The translations under genes were made by a program, and so were the position numbers. A DNA stretch of 64,000 bases. It comes from Eledone cirrhosa (lineage: Eukaryota). Where the stretch lies: positions 43,586,001 through 43,650,000 of the forward strand of contig OZ024757.1 of the NCBI GenBank assembly GCA_964016885.1, in the 5' to 3' direction. This document shows positions 1 to 12,399 of this stretch, piece by piece; the stretch's first letter is position 1, and each line of letters begins with the position of its first letter. The notes beneath the pieces are model-generated. The model ran no database searches. It was not told the DNA's origin and saw only the letters and a list, made by a program, of their open reading frames with translations.

Positions 1-74
1 TACTAAAATCATTATTTCATTATTCAAATAGTAACTTAATGTAAGGTTCTTACACAAAATATTTGTCTTCTTTA

Positions 75-1600
75 CCTCCTTCTTCTTCACCCACTTACTC
101 CTGAGAGGGTCGTGGACGAAGTCCTCAAACACTCCTCCCAGCAGGTCCTGTCAGAAGCAATCATCTCCAACTGATCTGACTGGATACCCAAGTGAGACCA
201 GCCAAGCTCATGAATGTTATCCAACCATCTTGCTCAGAGTCTACCCATGGGTCTCCTGCTGATTGGTTTTGCCTGTAAAATCTGTCCAGTGATTCTTTCC
301 TGGGACATTCTAACCACATCATCATCACCGTTTTACGTCCGTTCTTCCACGCTAGCATGGGTTAGACGGGTTGTCCTGTTGTGGGCAGTGTCTGGTCGGC
401 TGACCATGCCTTGCTCATACAGGAACTGATCTGGCTTGATTTCTACAGCTGGATGCCCTTCCTAACACCAACCTCATTTACAGTGAGTGCTGGGTGCTTT
501 TTCGTGGCGCCTACACGTCCACTTTACAGTGTGGGCTGGGTGCTTTTTTGCCGTGGCACCTCCACGACCACCTTGCGGTGGGGGCATATTGTTTATATGC
601 TTCAGCATGTACCCATGGGAGGTCGGGTACCCTGTATTACTGCGTGACGCCAGAAGTCACGGTCGTGTGTCATTGACTTTGAGAGGTGTAGTTGGGTAAG
701 GTCGGCTTTTATCACCTCATCCCAAGTCATCTTGGGTCTCCCCACTCCGCGGTTTCCATCAACTTCTAGTGCTCTGCACCTTTTTATGCAGCTGTCATCT
801 TTCATACGCATCGCATGTCCATACCAGCGTAACCGTCTCTCCTGCACGCAGCATTTGATTCCTCTTATGCTCAGTCTCTCTCTCAATTCCTTTATGCTTT
901 GTCGTTCACGTATATTACTGTTACACATCCATCGGAGCATGCAGGCTTCGTTTCTCTCTAATCTACGTAAGTCTTCCACCTTCAGCGCCCAGGTCTCACT
1001 ACCATGCAACATCGCTGTTCGGATACACGCATCATACAGTCTGCCTTTCATTCTGAGGGAGAAGCCTTTTGCAGCTAGCAGTGGTAGTAGTTCCCTAAAC
1101 TTCTTCCATCCCGTTCTTACCCTAGTTATTGTACTTTCTGAGCACCCACCTCCGTTGCTAATTCGGTCACCTAGGTAGCAGAAGCTGTCTACTGTTTCTA
1201 CAGGGCCCTCCCAGAGATTGGTGGTACTTGTTTCCTGTGGCTGTTTGCTTGCTGTTTCAGCACAGCTGCTGCATGTGAATCCTACATTCTTAATTAAGCT
1301 TCCTGAGATCCCGCTACATCTCTTGTGTACCCATTGTTTGCATTTGGGGCAGAGAATGGAGTTCCTACCTACACCTTTCCTACATACTGAGCAAGGCCAT
1401 TTCCCTGAGGGGATCTGGGTTCTGTTTTCTCGTCTACTTATAAGGAGACGAGAAAACAGAACCCAGATCCCCTCAGGGAAATGGCCTTAGTATTGGAGTT
1501 GTGATCTCTCAATTCAGAGAAGTAGCAACTCTACCTGGAGTGACTCTCTGATCTCCGAGCCCCGCATTCTATCGAGTAATGTTACTCCAAAGACCCTTAT
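75..1600 (-). mobile_element. Old RTE-type LINE 3' fragment split by a younger RTE insertion (old halves ~75-318 and ~1489-1600)
   Basis: Both halves are colinear with an uninterrupted related copy at ~37980-38350. Confidence 0.7.
316..1488 (-). mobile_element. RTE LINE subfamily A, 5'-truncated
   Basis: ORF 602-1051 (MLHGSETW...RRLRWYGH...GRPK.TW), 3'UTR and (GAT)n tail; fold-back at the 5' end. Confidence 0.92.
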
Positions 1601-1784
1601 GTTGGAAGATTTTTATATAAATTGGAAATCTTAAAAATGGGTGATTTTATTTCATAGAACCGGGGGTGGTTTTGGCCAGATTGGTAACTAATGGGTTAAA
1701 ACATCCAACTTATGTAACTGTTAATATAATGAATGATGTGTTCCTGCATGGAGATGCTATAAAATAAGGTGAACACTCCTCATC

Positions 1785-2280
1785 AACATTGTCACTGTTT
1801 AACGTCCATTTTTCCAACCTACCATGAGTGAGACGAGTTGTCCCACTGAGAGAGAAGCCAGATCCAATGACTGTGTTTTGCTTATACATAATTGCTTCTG
1901 GCTTGGTTTCTACAGTTGGATGCCATTCATAATCCCAACCACTTTACTGTGTAGTGGGTGCATTTGTCGTAACACCTACATGACTACTTTACAGTGAGTG
2001 CTGTGGGCTGTTTGTCGTAACACCTACATGACCACTTTACAGTATGGACTGGGGGCTTTTTATCGTGATACATACATGACCATTTTACATTGTGGACTGC
2101 AGGCTTTTTATCGTGACACCAACATGACCACTTTATAGTGTGGGCTGGGTGCTATTTGTCGTGACACCTACACTACCACTTTACAGTGTGGGCTGGGTGC
2201 TATATGTTGTGAAACCTACATGACAACTTTACAGTGTGGGCTGGGGGCTTTTTGTGTGACATCAACACAACCACTTTACA
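1785..2280 (-). repeat. Degenerate RTE/SINE tail with about 8 tandem ~45-bp UTR units
   Basis: Repeated CCACTTTACAGTGTGGGCTGGG..TTT.TCGTGACACCTACA units, the same unit found in RTE 3'UTRs. Confidence 0.75.
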
Positions 2281-2771
2281 TCCATCTATGTTTGCCTTCT
2301 TGATGATCTTGATTATGTCTTTCACTCCAGTCTGCTATCAAATCCAGCTGTTGTTCTTCCTGTCACATAAGGTGAAAGGTGATGCCCAGCATGATTCGCT
2401 CCATTTTATGCTGGGCCACTGCAAGTGGCATCAAGTCAGGAAAATGGTTTACAGTAATGGAACAACAACAATACTTGAATCATTTATCATATTTTTTCCT
2501 GTGTGCAGTTGAAAAATTGCCACAAAAATAACTCCAGTAAAGACAAAGGTTGAATCTTATTTTCGGCGGCCAAAAAAGTAGTGAAAATAACATGGAGATG
2601 TTGTTTTATTGTTGTTGTTGCTTTTAATATCAAGAAAACAGTGAGAAACATTATTGACTGCAGGATTCTACTGGACATACATTTAATCTCATCTTTATAT
2701 ATATATAATAATAATATTAGATTTTGTTTTGTTTTGTATATATATACACAAAACAAAATCTATTATATATT

Positions 2772-2807
<36 letters not shown>

Positions 2808-3442
2808 TGGATTCCCAATGTACATTGGGCAGTGACCACAATTAAAAAAAGGTACTCAATACGTTAGAGTATAGGCATCTTTATTTTATATAGAAATGAC
2901 TTTTACAGGACAGGAACTATTTCATTCTGATAATTTCTTACAAATGAAACAGTTCTAGTCCTATAGAAGTAATTTCTATGAATATATATATATACATACA
3001 TCACACACTTCTAGGTATGGTATTGTTAGCCTGGACAATGCAAAGTAAGATATATGTCACATATTGATTGTTAGCCAAATGAGACCAACTCTAAGCAAAC
3101 CATGATGGGTAGAGGGGAACCTCAATGAAGTACTCTGTTTCTATAAAAGGGGATGGAGTAGCAGGTATATTGATCCAGATCCTGGAAATACCTCACGCTT
3201 CCGTCTTCCTAAAAGAAAAAGAAAAACATCCTCACAGCCCTCTTGAAATTAGAGAGGACTTCCCTTCTGCCCTGAACCCCCAGAAAGCTGTATTCTTCTT
3301 CTGCTCCAACTATTTAAGTTATCTCTACTTTTTTGCAGCATAAAATAAGACACAACCAAGAAAATTTCTGTTTGTAATTATCCCACTTAGGTTTTACTGG
3401 CTCCAAGACTAAGGGTCACAGAGTTAAGGCAGCGGTCTTCTG

Positions 3443-3572
3443 TTAGTTTACAGGCTCCAAGACTAGGGTCGCTGTTGGGATAAGTTCACAGTCTTCAATT
3501 GTTGCTGCCAAGTCACCGAGAACCCTCCGAGGGAAAGTTGACAGGATCTGGTAGGCAGGACTGTCAGCAGGC
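3443..3572 (-). CDS. UBXN11: UBXN11 terminal coding exon, UBX C-half (PADSPAYQILSTFPRRVLGDLAATIEDCELIPTATLVLEPVN*)
   Basis: Contains the UBX FPR loop (STFPRR) and the T....L.P.A.L end. Acceptor ttattctgtag; TAA at 3443-3445. Confidence 0.93.
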
Positions 3573-3604
3573 CTACAGAATAATAATAATAATAATAATA
3601 ATAA

Positions 3605-5036
3605 GGATAAGGATAAGGAAGGAATGTTACCGCAGAGTAAGAGCAATCTTAAGAACGGAATTGAATGCAAGGAATAGGATCGATGCCATAAACACGCTTG
3701 CCATACCAGTAGTAACCTACAGTTACAATGTCATCAACTGGTCAAGCACAGAGATGCGTAGGCTCGATACAAAAATTCGAAAATTCTTAACCATGCACAG
3801 AATGCATCACCCTAAGGCAGATATAGATAGAATATATCTCCCTAGGAAAGAAGGAGGACGTGGGTTAATCCAGTTAGACATTGCGTTGAAAACTGCAACA
3901 ATTGGATTATCTACATATCTAAGGGAATCACATGATTGGATGATCAAACTCGTTTTGAAACACGAAAGCATCAAAAGATCATATTCCATTACAAAAGATG
4001 CATAAAGATACAGTAATGGACTACAAATTTCAGAAGTCCCATTTACTGCTGAAATGGAAAACACAGAAAAAGCAAAGCAGGTAAAAGTAACTGCAAAGAA
4101 AGAACTGCTACAGAAACTGGCTAAGAAATGGCAAGAAAAGCCTCTGTATGGAAAATACCCAGAGCGAGCTAACAATCCTGATGTTGACAGAACTTTAACC
4201 CATCAGTGGTTGGCATCCTCTGGACTGAAATCGGAGACTGAAGGACTGATTATATCAGCACAAGATCAGTGTCTGCCAACAAAAAATTACCAAGCCAACA
4301 TAATAAAAAATGGATGCAGCCCATTATGCTGTGTATGCAAAAAACAACCAGAGACCATTGACCATATAATTTCAATGTGCAGTCCTATAGCTCCAACCGA
4401 ATACCTAAACAGGCATGACAGAGCTGCACAATACATACATTGGATAATGTGTAAGCATTTTGACCTGCCCCATCAAAAGAATTGGTGGGAGCATCAACCA
4501 CCTCCCATACTTTAAAAAGATCACATCTCAATCTTGTGGAACTTTAGCATCCAAACAGACCGAAAAATAGATGCAAATAGACCTGATATAATATTGAAGG
4601 ACTTTAAAAAGAGGGTATGCCTGCTAATTGATATGTCTGTTCCAATAGACAAGAATGTATCTATAAAAACATTTGAAAAATTGAGCAAGTATAAGGACCT
4701 GGAGATAGAAATTGGAAAAATGTGGAAATTGAGAACTAAAACAATACCAGTGGTTGTAGGCGCTCTGGGAATGATACCTAAGGGGTCTAATGATTACTTA
4801 TCGCAGATCCCAGGAAACCCGCGTATAGGAGAAATACAAAAGATAGTACTAATGGGAACTGCCCATATACTAAGGAAGATTCTGTCAATATAAGTACATC
4901 ACAAGTTTAAACACTAAAGATGCATGTGTGAGTATGTATGTTCTTCCTTGAACATGGCGGACCTTGTTGTCTCTTGAGGTCACTGGTTGTGACTTGGTGA
5001 TAACTCGTATGAACATAAAGCAAGATAAATGCAACT

Positions 5037-5078
<42 letters not shown>
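3605..5078 (+). mobile_element. R4/Dong-type non-LTR retrotransposon (RLE endonuclease), 5'-truncated, with stops
   Basis: RIYLPRKEGGRGL, AQDQ, CCHC (CCVC..ETIDHIISMC), RHD, NRPDI..D...K..KY motifs. Flanked by (TAA)n on both sides. Confidence 0.9.
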
Positions 5079-6183
5079 GTAGGAAGTAGGAAGCTATTGA
5101 CTATCTACAACATGTTCCACAAGAGGAGTGATGTCGATAGACTCTACTTAAGGAGATCTGAAGGTGGAAGAGGTCTTATCAGCATAGAGGACTGTGTTCA
5201 GATGGAGAAAAACAACCTACACAAATACGTGACTGATAGTAAGGAGCCAATGCTCAGAACTGTACTGAAGCAGAGGACAATAGACCAGGGGATGTCCAGG
5301 GAGGAAATAACAACAAGGAGAAAGAGCAGCCTTCATGGAAAATCCCTTCATAGTACCTTCTTTGAGAAAACTGAATTCAGAGATCCACAGACATGGAACT
5401 GGTTGAAAAGAGGAGACCATAAAAAGGCTACAGAAGGAATGCTAATGGCTGCGCAAGAGCAGGCCCTCAAAATGAAGTGGTTGAAACACCATATTTACAA
5501 GGAGGAGGCTAGCCCACTGTGCAGGATCTGTGGAGAGAGAGAGGAGATTGTGGCTCACATTGTATCCGAGTGTAAACACCTAGCCCAGATTCACTATAAG
5601 GGCTGGAGACATGATATGATGGGCAGGGTGATCCACTGGCATCTATGCAAAGTAAACAATTTACCACATTCTGAGAAGTGGTATGAGCATAAGGCAGAGT
5701 CGGTGATAGAAAACGATCAGGTGAAAGTGCTGTGGGATTTTAGGATACAGACGGACAAGAAACTGGAACACAATAGACCTGACCTGGTGGTTTTGGACAA
5801 AGAAAAAAGATTGTGCCTGATTGTGGATGTGGCCTGCCCATTTGACACGAGAGTGCAAGATAAGGAGAGGGAGAAAATTAACCGATACCAGGACTTAAAG
5901 TGGGAGGTAAAAAGGATTTGGAACTGCCATAAAGTCAAAGTGATCCCGATTGTCATAGGCGCACTAGGGACTATCTCAAAAAGTTTCCAGGGATGGTTAA
6001 AGAAAATTGCCCCTGCCACGTTTTTTGGAACGCTTCAAAAGGCATGCTTGCTGGGAACAGCAAGAACCCTCCGATACGTCCTGAATATCTGAGGCTGCAG
6101 GTAGCGGCTTGATATTCATTTCAACAAACTTTCCAGTTAACTAACATCAATGACTGAGACTCAAAGAAAAATAATAATAATAA
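5079..6183 (+). mobile_element. Second, divergent R4/Dong-type RLE element, 5'-truncated
   Basis: ORF 5097-6092: RLYLRRSEGGRGL, CRIC...HIVSEC, RHD, NRPDLV...DVACP...EKINRY; (TAA)n flanks. Confidence 0.9.
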
Positions 6184-7075
6184 TGATTTCATTTATTGGC
6201 CACAAGGGCTGATATATAGTGGACAATACAAAAGACTGGGACAGTGGGGTTTTACAGAAAAATCGAGTAAACAATACGAATAACAATAACAAAGTAACAA
6301 TAAAATTACAAGAAAAAATTCCCCAATAGCGGGGATGACCACCCAGGGTTCGCTCAGGTACCCCACCAACCCTGAACGACCCGACGCTTCGAGAGCACCC
6401 CTCTCCTCCTCAAATTTACCTACCTACAGCCGCATGACCAGAGTAGGCCCACTCGCACGGGCCATTCTCGCCACATTCACCCACCTTTCAGCAAATGTAC
6501 TGGGGGGCAGCACTTCTCTCTCCACCCTCACTTTCCTTTCCAAGTGAAACTTGAAAAAAGTTGATGAGGGATTGGCCGAAGAGAAAAGTGTCTGTCTTCA
6601 GTCCTTTCAACCTCGTCCACCATACAACCTCTTTCGCTACTGCCACCAGACAGAGGAAAATTGCCTGCCCCTTCCTGGCCAAAAGAAGGCGGCGGGTCGA
6701 TCTTCACTATGGACTCGGCTGATAGCCGGATCCGTTCTACACGCGACAACAGCTGTTCAACATAACTCCACAAGTCAGTAATGCACGGACACTGGACGAG
6801 TGCGTGCAGAACGGTTTCGTCGCTCTGCGCGCATCTCAGGCAGGTCCGTCTGACAGCACTTCCGTGCCTGTAGAATTTATCTCGAACCGGCAGTGCTACC
6901 GTGGGGCACTGCCAAGCGAGGGATTTTTGGAAATTATCCATCGTCCCCGGCTCGAAAGTCCTCCAGTACAGACTGGTTAGTTCGACTTTGTTGACTCCCT
7001 GAGCCTCTCCGAGTGCGTCGTCGCACTTGCCCACCACTAATCCTCTATAGAACTCGAGAGTGGAAGTTCCACTGA
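6184..7075 (-). mobile_element. Tx1/L1-clade LINE 3' fragment
   Basis: ALPVR...CLRC...ETVLHALVQC (zf-RVT-type CCHC), VVWWTR; AATAAA followed by an (ATT)n tail. Confidence 0.8.
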
Positions 7076-7357
7076 CCGCATGGTAGAGAGAGGTGGTCGG
7101 TGACTAAACCAACTACCCCACCAGACCCAAGTTGATCAGGGCCCCACCCATGCCAGGTTGCTTAACCACCCTCTCTATGATGTATCGCATGGGGTGGACA
7201 TTGTACCAGCAGCAGGCAAAAGCCTATTTCAAATTTATAAAAGGAGTAAACTTATAAAATTAAAATCCTTTTTTCGACATTGTCTACCTTGACAAATGCT
7301 CAACACTATGGACCAAAATGACTGCCAACACATCAAACCTAACACCAGTTTCCTTAC

Positions 7358-7501
7358 CTGTGTGCATCCAAATAGCTTCTTAAGTCACCAATTGTGTCCA
7401 TGTAATTCATCTTCAGTAGGTACTTACAGTCACCTGTTTCTGATTTCACTTGTATATTAGCAATATCGCGAATACCAGGATCATGCTGGAGAGGTTCGGG
7501 C
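7358..7501 (-). CDS. UBXN11: UBXN11 exon 13, UBX domain N-half (PEPLQHDPGIRDIANIQVKSETGDCKYLLKMNYMDTIGDLRSYLDAHR)
   Basis: UBX motif I.VKSE.G...L.M...TIGD.R. Acceptor tttttcag, donor CAG|gtaagg. Confidence 0.95.
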
Positions 7502-7584
7502 CTGAAAAACAACAATAATAACAACATGGATTTCAAAGATATTTCTTTGGTTCTCAGTTAAGTTAGGTCTACAGGCAGAACTCA

Positions 7585-7760
7585 CATCTGGGTATTTAGT
7601 ACTCTATGTTAACACTAAAATATATCCCTGGGTATTTATTACCCTAGACTAACTATTTGTGTATCTAGGTATATAGTACCCTAGACTTGCTATAAAATAT
7701 GTACCTGGGTATTTCTACCCTATGTTAACACTAAAATGTGTACCTGGGTATATAGAACCA
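7585..7760. repeat. Degenerate ~40-45-bp minisatellite
   Basis: Recurrent CTGGGTATTT..TACCCTA..TT..C..TAAAAT units. Confidence 0.6.
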
Positions 7761-8089
7761 TTAAAACCTAGAAAACAACATCCTCATAAGGATAAATTAT
7801 TGAACCTTTAAGAAAGTTTTATATACATTTGTTGGTCTTGTGCCTAAATCAAAAACCATTACCATATTTCTAACTATTTGAGGTACAAGGCTTTGCCCGG
7901 GTAAACAGTTGAAAGAGAAAACAACTGTATTGGATGCATTGTCTGGTTTACAGTATGAGGCGAGACCATGGTGTGTGTATGTGACAAATAGTTGTGGGTC
8001 TTCACCAGGATTGCGTGATTTGGCGCGTACGATTTTATCAATTTGATCTGAAAATTTCAAAGACTGGTGTAAAACAACTTTATAAAAGC

Positions 8090-8327
8090 TGACGCAATAT
8101 TGTTAAACCTTCAACTGATACTTTGATCTATAGTTTAAGACAATTCTAGGCTTTCGTCGGTCGCCACACACACACACACACATCTTCACTGATGCATGCA
8201 TACATGCATACAGAAACACTTTCACTTTCTCTGCTAATTGTTACACACACACATACAGTCTCTCTCCCCCGCCACCCACTCTCGCAGTGTGTGGTCTTTT
8301 TCAATTTCTTCTTCTAGTCCACTACAA

Positions 8328-8421
<94 letters not shown>

Positions 8422-8662
8422 GTATGTATGTGTGTGTGTAAACCAGTGTTTGTTTCCATTCTCTCTCTTTCTCCATCTGAATATCTAGCACTTTAATTGT
8501 ATCTCTCTCTGTCTAACAGTCTCTCTGTTTCTCCCTCTCTCTCTACCACTCTATCTGTGTCTCTGTGTGTTTGTGTGTGTGTCTGTGTGTGTAGTTTTTG
8601 TGTGATTAAACCAACCAACCAACCAAGAAACTTTTCTCTTTTATATTATAAATAGATATAGA
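8090..8662 (-). mobile_element. Possible non-autonomous Helitron-like 5' end with internal microsatellites
   Basis: Minus strand reads TCTATTTATAATATAAAAGAGAAAAG...(TGGT)n TAATCACACAAAAACTAC, resembling Helitron-derived 5' termini. No 3' CTRR/hairpin was confirmed. Confidence 0.3.
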
Positions 8663-9096
8663 TTTTTAAAAATAGCTATGATTTTTAATTAGAATAAATA
8701 TAAACACTTTAAAATAAAATAAATAAATTGTATCATAGAATTAGGGGCGGTATCAGAAAGGTAGCTAAAAAAACAGATTAAGGTGGTGCTTCAGGTTGCA
8801 AGTCTGGGGCGGTGTGTGGCTAAGGAGTTCATTTGCATAGCAACCTTACATTGAAGCCTTCATACATACATACATACATACATATATATATATATATATC
8901 AAGGACACTATGAAGATGATGATATATTAATACATAATGACTATGTCACAGATACAGGCATGTGACCTATAAATAGAATACACATGCTTAGCAAAATAAT
9001 ATTATGGCCAAGCCCTTCACATCCATTATATAAAAATATATATATATATATGTGTGTGTGTGTATGTATGTAGGTATATATATATATGTATATATA

Positions 9097-9140
<44 letters not shown>

Positions 9141-9307
9141 CATGTCTGCGTGTAAAGCTACCACACCCCTCATTCATTTGGGAATTTTACCCAGGATAAA
9201 TGTTGCATCAAATTGGGATAAAAATTGTTGGGAATTTTCTCAGGGTCACTTTCCAAATAATATATTAATTTTATGCATCTCTCAGTATTTGAGTGTTAGT
9301 GTGTATA

Positions 9308-11345
9308 TCATCATCATCGTCATCATCACTGTTTTACGTCCGTTCTTCCACGCTAGCATGGGTTAGACAGGTTGTCCTGTTGTGGGCAGTGTCTGGTTGG
9401 CTGACCATGCCTTGCTCATACAGGAACTGATTTGGCTTGATTTCTACAGCTGGATGCCCTTCCTAGCACCAACCTCATTTACAGTGAGTGCTGGGTGCTT
9501 TTTCGTGGCGCCTACACGTCCACTTTACAGTGTGGGCTGGGTGCTTTTTTGCCGTGGCACCTCCACGACCACCTTTCGGTGGGGGGTGTGGGGCATATTG
9601 TCTATATGCTTCAGCTTGTACCCATGGGAGGTCGGGTACTCTGTATTACTGCGTGACGCCAGAGGTCACGGTCGTGGGTCATCGCCTTTGAGGTGTAATT
9701 GGGTAAGGTTGGCTTTTATCACCTCATACCAGGTCATCTTGGGTCTCCCCACTCCGCGGTTTCCATCGACTTCTAGTGCTCTGCACCTTTTTATGCAGCT
9801 GTCATCCTTCATACGCATCACATGTCCATACCAGCGTAACCGCCTCTCCTGCACGCAGCATTTGATTCCTCTTATGCTCAGTCTCTCTCTCAATTCATTT
9901 ATGCTTTGCTGTTCGCGTATATTACTATTACACATCCATCGGAGCATGCCAGCTTTGTTTCTTCCTAATCTACGCAAGTCTTCCACAGACAGTGCCCAGG
10001 TCTCACTACCATGTAACATTGCTGTTCGGATACACGCATCATACAGTCTGCCTTTCATTCTGAGGGAGAAGCCTTTTGCAGCTAGCAGTGGTAGTAGTTC
10101 TCTAAACTTCTTCCATCCCGTTCTTACCCTAGTTATTGTACTTTCTGAACACCCACCCCCGCTGCTAATTCGGTCACCTAGGTAGCAGAAGCTGTCTACT
10201 GTTTCTACAGAGCCCTCCCAGAGATTGGTGGTACTTGTTTCCTGTGGCTGTTTGCTGCTTGCTGTCCCAGCACAGCTGCTGCATGTGAAGCCTACATTCT
10301 TAGTTAAGCTTCCTTAGATCCTGCTACATCTCTTGTGTACCCATTGTTTGCATTTGGGGCAGAGAATGTAGAGTTCCTACCTACACCTTTCCTACATACT
10401 AAGCAAGGCCATTTACCTGAGGGGATCTGGGTTCTGTTTTCTCATCTACTTACAAGGACCTTAGTCTTTGTCAGGTTGACTTTGAGACCCTTTCTTTCTA
10501 GTCCCTGCTTCCAAGTTTGGAATTTCTTCTCTAGTTCTACCATAGATTCAGCTATAAGTGCGAGGTCATCTGCATACAGGAGTTCCCATAGGCATCCGGT
10601 CTTAAACTCCTTCGTTATTGCCTGCAGGACTGTGATGAACAGGAGAGGGCTAAGAACAGAGCCCTGGTGGACACCAACCTGTACGCTAAATTCCTCGCTA
10701 TACTCATTGCTAATTCTAACTTTGCTGACTGCTCCCCTATACATGGCTTGTACAGCTTTCACACGCCATTCATCTACTCCTAGTTTTCTAAGAGCCCACC
10801 AGATTATAGCACGGGAACTCTGTCAAAAGCTTTCTCAAGATTGACGAATGCCAGGTAGAGTGGCTTACTTTTAGCTAGGTACTTTTCCTGTAACTGCCTC
10901 ACAAGGAAGAGGGCATCAGTGGTGCCTCTTCCTGGTACAAACCCAAATTGCATCTCATCTAGTTTCACCCAGTCCATAATCAACTGTGCTATAACTCTTT
11001 CTGTTACTTTCATGACGTGGTCCATCAGCTTTATACCTCTATAGTTTCCTCTATCTAGTTCATCACCTTTACCTTTGTAGCAGTTGACAATGATGCTGCT
11101 GCACCAATTCTTTGGTATGAGACCTAGTATTACCTGGTTGACAATATGTGTGGTTATAGTGTGACCTACCGACCCAGATGCCTTCAGCATCTCGGCAGCT
11201 ATACCTGATGGACCGGTTGCCTTCCCCATCTTCATATCTTTGATTGCCTTACTTCTACGCTGCTGCTGACTTGTACTGCCAGCCCCTCTATATGGTCTAT
11301 TTGGGGTAGGGTCTCTTCTTCCCATGCATTCTCCTCATTTAGGAG
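9308..11345 (-). mobile_element. RTE LINE subfamily A, 5'-truncated, frameshifted
   Basis: QFGFVPGRGTTDA, NLEKAFDRVP, HQGSVLSPLLF and YADD RT motifs; 3'UTR near-identical to 316-700. Confidence 0.93.
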
Positions 11346-11884
11346 AATATATATATTTACATACATGTACATATATATATCATATATATATATTTCTATC
11401 TACACACATACATAGAGGCTTCTGCTTGCTACTGGTACCATGAAACCCAGTACAACTTGCTTTGTGGTCAAGTGGTTGGTGATTAAACCAGCTCCCCCAC
11501 CAGACACTGGTCTGGTAAGGTGGCTGAGTGGAACCCCAGCAGCACAATGAACAAGAGCTGCTAAAAGGGCAGATGAACTCCTCAGAGTCAACAGCCATTC
11601 ACCCCAACTATAGTTTAAATAGCCTCACCAACCCGCAAGTGGCCAAGAATTGTGAGTATGGATGGCTACACCCTCGACATGATCAAAACCAAATAGAATG
11701 CTGTGTAGTCAACCATGGAGGGGCTCCTTCAACATGTGTGGGAAGACCCTCAATTCAATTGGATATATATAAACAACAACAATATTCCCGGTATGAAGCA
11801 ACTAATTACACATTTGGTATTTATTTTGTACCTTAATTAATGAAATGTTAGGATGTAGGGAAATGTGCGCGTATAGTTATGTTA

Positions 11885-12005
11885 TGGTGGCATATGTCTT
11901 AGTGGTTACAGTGTTTGGTAACAAACTGTAGAGCCAGGAGTTGAAGGAGTCCATTGTGTCCTTGACAAGACACTTTATCTCACATTCCTCTAGTCCACTT
12001 GGCAG
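11885..12005 (+). mobile_element. Degenerate tRNA-derived CORE-type SINE
   Basis: A-box TGTCTTAGTGG and CORE-like GTCCTTG.CAAGACACTT. Confidence 0.55.
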
Positions 12006-12172
12006 GTTCGAGTTAGCGTTAGGTTAAAGGCCAGGGTTGAGGACTAGGGTTTTGGGAAAAGTGGGAGGGAGAAAAGAGAGAGAAGTCAAACAGGGAGAGG
12101 GGAAGGGAGTGTACAGACGGACAAACAGACAGACACAGACAGACTGACATAGAAAGATAGAAAGAGACTGAC

Positions 12173-12243
12173 GTGACATTGTTTTCATTTTTCACCAAAG
12201 TTTCAATAATGGTCAGTTGCCGGCGTTTTGGTGATTCTGTCGA
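12173..12243 (-). CDS. UBXN11: UBXN11 exon 12 (STESPKRRQLTIIETLVKNENNV)
   Basis: Acceptor gttttag, donor CAC|gtcagt. Phase 0 to 2 is required to join exons 11 and 13. IIET corresponds to the conserved IVVET. Confidence 0.8.
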
Positions 12244-12291
12244 CTAAAACATATAAAGACAGTGGATAATTAAGGAGGAGTGTATATTGTA

Positions 12292-12336
<45 letters not shown>

Positions 12337-12399
12337 CTATATATATATATATATACGTACATACATACATAGCAGAGAATAAGCAACTACAACATTTAT

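Noticed and set aside
3499-4005. ORF apparently fusing novel sequence to a Dong-type RT C-terminus
   Set aside because: The N-terminal part is the antisense of the last UBXN11 exon plus (ATA)n read-through.
7797-8060. 87-aa minus-strand ORF
   Set aside because: No recognisable motif or splice context; it lies within an intron next to repeat sequence.
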